In this document: positions 59,405 through 63,392 of the stretch, piece by piece
Numbering within the stretch: the first letter of the stretch is position 1
How the letters are laid out: every line of letters begins with the position of its first letter
From: Candidatus Aquitaenariimonas noxiae
GTDB lineage: Bacteria > Omnitrophota > Gorgyraeia > Aquitaenariimonadales > Aquitaenariimonadaceae
Assembly: GCA_002780005.1 (NCBI GenBank)
Contig: PEWV01000060.1
Coordinates: 1 to 63,392 of the forward strand
Length of the DNA: 63,392 nucleotides
Direction: 5' to 3'
Position numbers and translations under genes: made by a program
Notes under the pieces: generated by a model
What the model was told of the DNA's origin: nothing
What the model saw: the letters and a program-made list of their open reading frames with translations, nothing else
Database searches by the model: none

Positions 59405-60685
59405 TTAGGATTTACGCTCTATAAGCTTTTGCCCGTCGAGGTAGGGCACTAAGGCGTCGGGAACTTTAACGCTTCCGTCTTTTTGCTGGTATGTTTCCAA
59501 TATGGCTACCACGAGCCTTGCCAGCGCGACGCCTGAACCGTTCAGCGTATGGATATATTCGGCCCTTTTTGAATCCTTTGGCCTGTATTTTATATTTGCC
59601 CTTCTCGCCTGAAAATCCGTGAAATTGCTGCAGCTTGAAACTTCGAGATGGGTATTCATCCCTGGGGCCCAGAGTTCTATATCATAACATTTGCTTGCGG
59701 CGAAGCTGATATCGCCCGTGGAAAGGAGGACTACTCTATAAGGAAGTTTAAGCAATTGAAGCACCTGTTCCGCATTTTTAAGCAAGGCCTCTAATTCGTC
59801 AAAAGAGGTTTCGGGTTTTACAAATTTCACGAGTTCGACCTTGTCGAACTGATGGACGCGGATAAGCCCTTTGGTATCTTTCCCGTAAGAGCCTGCCTCT
59901 CTCCTGAAACATGCAGTATAGGCCGTATAATAAATAGGCAGGTCTTCCTCATCAAGGATCTCGTCCCTGAATATATTCGTAACAGGCACCTCTGCCGTCG
60001 GTATTAGAAAGAGGTCATCGTCCTTTAATCTATACATGTCCTCTTCAAGCTTCGGCAGCTGGCCTGTACCTGTCATGCTGTCCCTGTTCACTAAAAACGG
60101 CGGGAAGATCTCCGTGTAACCATGTTTTTTGGTGTGCAGATCTAACATAAAATTGATAAGCGCCCTCTCTAGCCTAGCGCCTTGCCCTTTGTATAAAATA
60201 AAATTAGAGCCTGTTATTTTTGACGCCCTCGGCAGGTCGATGATATCAAGAAGTTCCACGATCTCGACGTGCGTCCTGGGTTTGAAATCAAATTTCGGAA
60301 TCTCTCCCCAGCTTCTCGCTATTTTATTGTGGCTCGCGTCAGGTCCAACGGGAACAGAGGAGTGGGGAACGTTCGGTATCATCAAAAGCATTTTATTAAG
60401 GCCTTCTTCGACCTCGTTCAGGCGTTTATCGAGCTCCTTTATCCTATTCGATACGTCTTTCATCTCCGCTATTTTTGAAGAAGCGTCGGTTTTATCCTTC
60501 AGCATCTTGGCGATCTCATCCGAGGCGATATTTTTCCGGTTTTTTAAGCTCTCGGCTTCCTGTAAGATTTTTCTTCTTTCGGCATCCATTGAGAGGACCT
60601 TATCTATATCAATTTTTAAGTTCCTGTTCTTTATCGATGTTTTGACCAGTTTCTCATTTTCTTTTATAAATTTAACGTCGAGCAT
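59405..60685 (-). CDS. serS: Seryl-tRNA synthetase
   Basis: [38 protein letters not shown]. Confidence 0.98.
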   Translation of the reverse strand: MLDVKFIKENEKLVKTSIKNRNLKIDIDKVLSMDAERRKILQEAESLKNRKNIASDEIAKMLKDKTDASSKIAEMKDVSNRIKELDKRLNEVEEGLNKMLLMIPNVPHSSVPVGPDASHNKIARSWGEIPKFDFKPRTHVEIVELLDIIDLPRASKITGSNFILYKGQGARLERALINFMLDLHTKKHGYTEIFPPFLVNRDSMTGTGQLPKLEEDMYRLKDDDLFLIPTAEVPVTNIFRDEILDEEDLPIYYTAYTACFRREAGSYGKDTKGLIRVHQFDKVELVKFVKPETSFDELEALLKNAEQVLQLLKLPYRVVLLSTGDISFAASKCYDIELWAPGMNTHLEVSSCSNFTDFQARRANIKYRPKDSKRAEYIHTLNGSGVALARLVVAILETYQQKDGSVKVPDALVPYLDGQKLIERKS

Positions 60686-60725
60686 TTGTCTATCCTTTTC
60701 GTTTTTTTATAGTTTAATATTAGTT

Positions 60726-60808
60726 ATGATTACGGTGATGAAAAACCAGATTACAGTGATAAAATATGAAACTTATCACTGTAATCTATTGTTTATCATT
60801 GTAATCAT
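60726..60808. repeat. Long imperfect inverted repeat made of GATTACRRTGAT(A/G)A units
   Basis: Two tandem units, a 10-nt loop, then two inverted units. Confidence 0.85.
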
Positions 60809-60824
60809 TTATATGAATTTTTTC

Positions 60825-62282
60825 TTATCCTTTTATAACACCTAAAGGTCGCATCCTGCAGACTTTTTTAGAGATCCCCGCCATATGCACAACATCGACG
60901 ACGTCATTTACGTCTTTATACGCCTCAGGCGCTTCTTCCGCAAGTGTAGCCCGGCCTTCAGCCTTCACAAATATTCCTTTATTTTCAAGTTCTTTCGCTA
61001 TGTCCCTGCCACGGCACGCTGAAATAGCCGCTGTCCTCGAGAGGACCCTGCCTGCGCCGTGACATGTGCTGTAAAATGTCTCTTCGGCTTTTGCTGTCCC
61101 GACGAGCAAATAAGAATTGCGCCCCATGTCGCCCGGTATGATAACGGGCTGGCCTATATTTTTGTAAGCCTGTGGCAATTCCGGGTGGCCTGGACCGAAA
61201 GCGCGCGTGGCGCCTTTTCTATGAATGAATAACTTTTTTTCTTTGCCGTCAATTTTATATTTCTCGAACTTGCCAATATTATGCGTGACATCGTAGATCA
61301 AGCTCATTCCCAGATCTTTTTCGCTTCTTTCGAAAACTTTTTCAAAGACCTCACGGGTGAGATGCATGAGACATTGCCTGTTGGACCATGCGTAATTCGC
61401 GGCGCAGGTCATGGCGCCTATATAAGATTTGCCTTCCGGTGAATTCACCGGCGCGCAAGCCAATTGCCTATCAGGCACTGATATATTATACTTTTCAAGA
61501 CACCTTAGCATACTTTTTGAATAATCGTCGCATACCTGGTACCCGAAGCCTCGGCTGCCTGAATGTATCATAACCGTAACCTGGCCCTTATACAGCCCAA
61601 AGACCGCGGCGGCCTTCTCGTCATAGATCGTATCTATCGCCTGGATCTCCAAGAAATGATTACCCGAACCGAGCGTGCCTGATTGTTTCTTTCCGCGTTC
61701 ATAAGCCCTGTCAGAAACTTTTGAAAGGTCAGCGCCTTTAAGCTCTCCTTTTTCTTCAGTATACTCCAGGTCCTCTTTCCTGCCGTAACCTTTCTCGACA
61801 GCCCAACGGGCGCCTTTCAAAAGGATCTCTTCTTCTTCTTTTGGGTTTACTTTTATATCGCCGGACGAACCGACCCCGGATGGGACATGAGAAAAAAGCA
61901 TATACACGAGGTCTTTAAGTTTTGGGCTCGTCTCGTCCAAAGTTAAATTCGTTTTAAGCAACCGGACGCCGCAATTTATATCAAAACCTATTCCGCCCGG
62001 GGTGACCACGCCGCCGTCTTCCGGGTCTGTCGCAACCACTCCGCCTATCGGCAGGCCATAGCCCCAGTGTATATCAGGCATTGCCAGCGAATATTTTACG
62101 ATCCCGGGCAGGGTAGCGGCGTTGGCGACTTGTTCGGGCGCTTTATCGAAACGGATATCTATTAGGAGTTTTTGGTCGGTATATATAATACCGGGCACGC
62201 GCATGCCGGATTTATAAGATTTAGGGATTCGCCACCGGTAATCGTCTATTTTTTCTAATTGGCCTTCCCATTTATCCGCCAT
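60825..62282 (-). CDS. rtcB: RtcB RNA 2',3'-cyclic phosphate ligase
   Basis: MPDIHWGYG, GFDINCG, GSGNHF, HSGSRG, HRKGAT, CHGAGR, EEAP, KG end. Confidence 0.97.
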   Translation of the reverse strand: MADKWEGQLEKIDDYRWRIPKSYKSGMRVPGIIYTDQKLLIDIRFDKAPEQVANAATLPGIVKYSLAMPDIHWGYGLPIGGVVATDPEDGGVVTPGGIGFDINCGVRLLKTNLTLDETSPKLKDLVYMLFSHVPSGVGSSGDIKVNPKEEEEILLKGARWAVEKGYGRKEDLEYTEEKGELKGADLSKVSDRAYERGKKQSGTLGSGNHFLEIQAIDTIYDEKAAAVFGLYKGQVTVMIHSGSRGFGYQVCDDYSKSMLRCLEKYNISVPDRQLACAPVNSPEGKSYIGAMTCAANYAWSNRQCLMHLTREVFEKVFERSEKDLGMSLIYDVTHNIGKFEKYKIDGKEKKLFIHRKGATRAFGPGHPELPQAYKNIGQPVIIPGDMGRNSYLLVGTAKAEETFYSTCHGAGRVLSRTAAISACRGRDIAKELENKGIFVKAEGRATLAEEAPEAYKDVNDVVDVVHMAGISKKVCRMRPLGVIKG

Positions 62283-62294
62283 GACAGCCTCAGG

Positions 62295-62711
62295 TCACAC
62301 GTCAAAAATCAATTGCGTCTGCCAAATATTATTTTTATTTTCTATTTTTAATTCATGGTAGGTAACAGCCTTGATCTCTGTTTTCAGCCGGCTTCTGTTC
62401 TCGCCTATGTGCCGCCCGAACGCTTTTGCCGTGATATGGCTATCATTAAGATCGACGATCTCGAATTGGCTGAATATCAGGCCTTTGGTGTAAAAATTAT
62501 ATAAAAGCTCGTCGAGCCAGGCCACAAGAAGCTCTTCGGAATTAGGCGCGTCTTTTTTAATATCGACCGTAACCGAATTTTTTAGGCTGCTTAAGTCGGC
62601 TATTATATCGAACATGGCGAATGCGGCATTTTTGAAAAGTTCGGCGAGGTCTTTTCCGTAAACCTTTATACCGATATCAGCAGTATGGTCTATGAGTTCG
62701 TATGGTTTCAT
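62295..62711 (-). CDS. Archease (RtcB activator)
   Basis: DHTADIG, IKAVTYH, IFDV; start set at MKPY because the track extension overlaps the tRNA. Confidence 0.95.
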   Translation of the reverse strand: MKPYELIDHTADIGIKVYGKDLAELFKNAAFAMFDIIADLSSLKNSVTVDIKKDAPNSEELLVAWLDELLYNFYTKGLIFSQFEIVDLNDSHITAKAFGRHIGENRSRLKTEIKAVTYHELKIENKNNIWQTQLIFDV

Positions 62712-62725
62712 TGGATCAAAAAAAG

Positions 62726-62801
62726 TGGTGAGTCGCCCGAGACTCGAACTCGGCACGCCCGCCTTAAAAGGGCGGTGCTCTACCAGATGAGCTAGCGACC
62801 C
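62726..62801 (-). tRNA. tRNA-Lys(TTT)
   Basis: GGGTCGCTAGCTCA..CCGCC-CTTTTAA-GGCGG..TTCGAGTC..ACCA; 76 nt. Confidence 0.95.
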
Positions 62802-62837
62802 ACGAAATTAAATTTATACCTTATGGCTGTCGAAGGA

Positions 62838-63392
62838 TCACGTCCCGAGGATCTCTTTTTCTTTTTCCTGCAATACCTTGTCAACTTCGCCTATATATTT
62901 GTCAGTGAGCTTTTGGACCTCATCTTGGGCCTTGAACCGCTCATCCTCAGGGACACTTTTATCTTTTTCCAATTTTTTAATGTGCTCATTAGCGTCGCGC
63001 CTTATGGAGCGAATAGAGATCTTGCTGTCCTCGGCGATCTTTTTCACGACTTTTGTTAATTCTTCCCTTCTCTCTTGCGTAAGCGGCGGCATTGAAAGGC
63101 GTATGAGTTTCCCGTCGTTTGTCGGCGTGACGCCCAGTTCGGAAGCTAAAATAGCTTTCTCTATTTCGTTTATCACGCTATGGTCCCAGGGTTGTATGAT
63201 AAGCAAGCGAGCCTCGGGAGTAAGGATATTCGAGATCTGTTTAAGCGGCGTAGGCGTGCCGTAATAATCTATTTTTATACCTTCTACCAGGCTTCCTGAC
63301 GCCCTGCCTGTGCGTATGGTCGAGTATTCTCTTTTGGTAACCTCGATGGTCTTCTTCATCCTGTCTTCGGAATCTTTTTTTATTTCATTAAT
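62838..63392 (-). CDS. frr: Ribosome recycling factor (5' end outside the window)
   Basis: IRTGRAS, IQPWD, NDGKLIRL, RSIRRDAN; frame open to the window edge. Confidence 0.97.
   Translation of the reverse strand: MNEIKKDSEDRMKKTIEVTKREYSTIRTGRASGSLVEGIKIDYYGTPTPLKQISNILTPEARLLIIQPWDHSVINEIEKAILASELGVTPTNDGKLIRLSMPPLTQERREELTKVVKKIAEDSKISIRSIRRDANEHIKKLEKDKSVPEDERFKAQDEVQKLTDKYIGEVDKVLQEKEKEILGT

Noticed and set aside
60129-60845. 238-aa plus-strand ORF
   Set aside because: Antisense shadow of serS running into the AT-rich palindrome; Ser/Phe/Ile-rich composition typical of reverse-strand frames
60825-62282. Intein in RtcB
   Set aside because: 485 aa with contiguous catalytic motifs; no insertion
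62712-62756. N-terminal extension of archease in the ORF track
   Set aside because: Overlaps tRNA-Lys; the family starts at MKPYELIDHTAD (62711)
947-63264. Numerous other 60-220 aa plus-strand ORFs in the track (e.g. 5052..5570, 51040..51708, 37747..38307)
   Set aside because: All lie antisense within well-supported minus-strand genes and show no independent SD or motif

Overview
Bacterial chromosomal window (moderately AT-rich). About 60 genes lie on the minus strand; only a polyprenyl synthase and a Y1/RAYT transposase are on plus. The gene style suggests an anaerobic diderm, possibly Ca. Omnitrophota; this is inference and not verified. From left to right it holds: (1) a ~9.4 kb operon with a Slam-like TPR/beta-barrel, a tandem-FecR protein, a PHP-kinase fusion, a methyltransferase, an ABC pair, a TPR protein, a YkgJ protein and DUF2156; (2) a B12 radical SAM gene and a csp gene that share a structured leader; (3) pyk, TauE, 2-oxoacid:ferredoxin oxidoreductase, ferredoxin, hemerythrin, DoxX, NDH-2-like, MenA-like and polyprenyl synthase; (4) DUF6515-tolC(nonsense)-macAB; (5) nikR, an outer-membrane barrel and nikMNQO with two NikR boxes; (6) cusCBA-phoBR, two unannotated small ORFs, a porin(nonsense), pstSCABB and phoU with Pho-box arrays; (7) ZTP riboswitch-pflBA; (8) tRNA-Ser(CGA), rluA-like and asmA; (9) a decayed island next to tRNA-Ser(UGA) with radical SAM, truncated shlB, RAYT, REP-like hairpins and direct repeats; (10) SGNH, M50-like, serS, rtcB, archease, tRNA-Lys(UUU) and partial frr. 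The most notable observations are a PstB pair whose catalytic defects all map to one composite ATP site, two Pho-box-driven ~40-aa ORFs, a shared csp-type attenuator, an operator motif repeated at three promoters, and direct evidence of a mobile REP-like insertion. All product calls come from visual motif recognition, not database searches.
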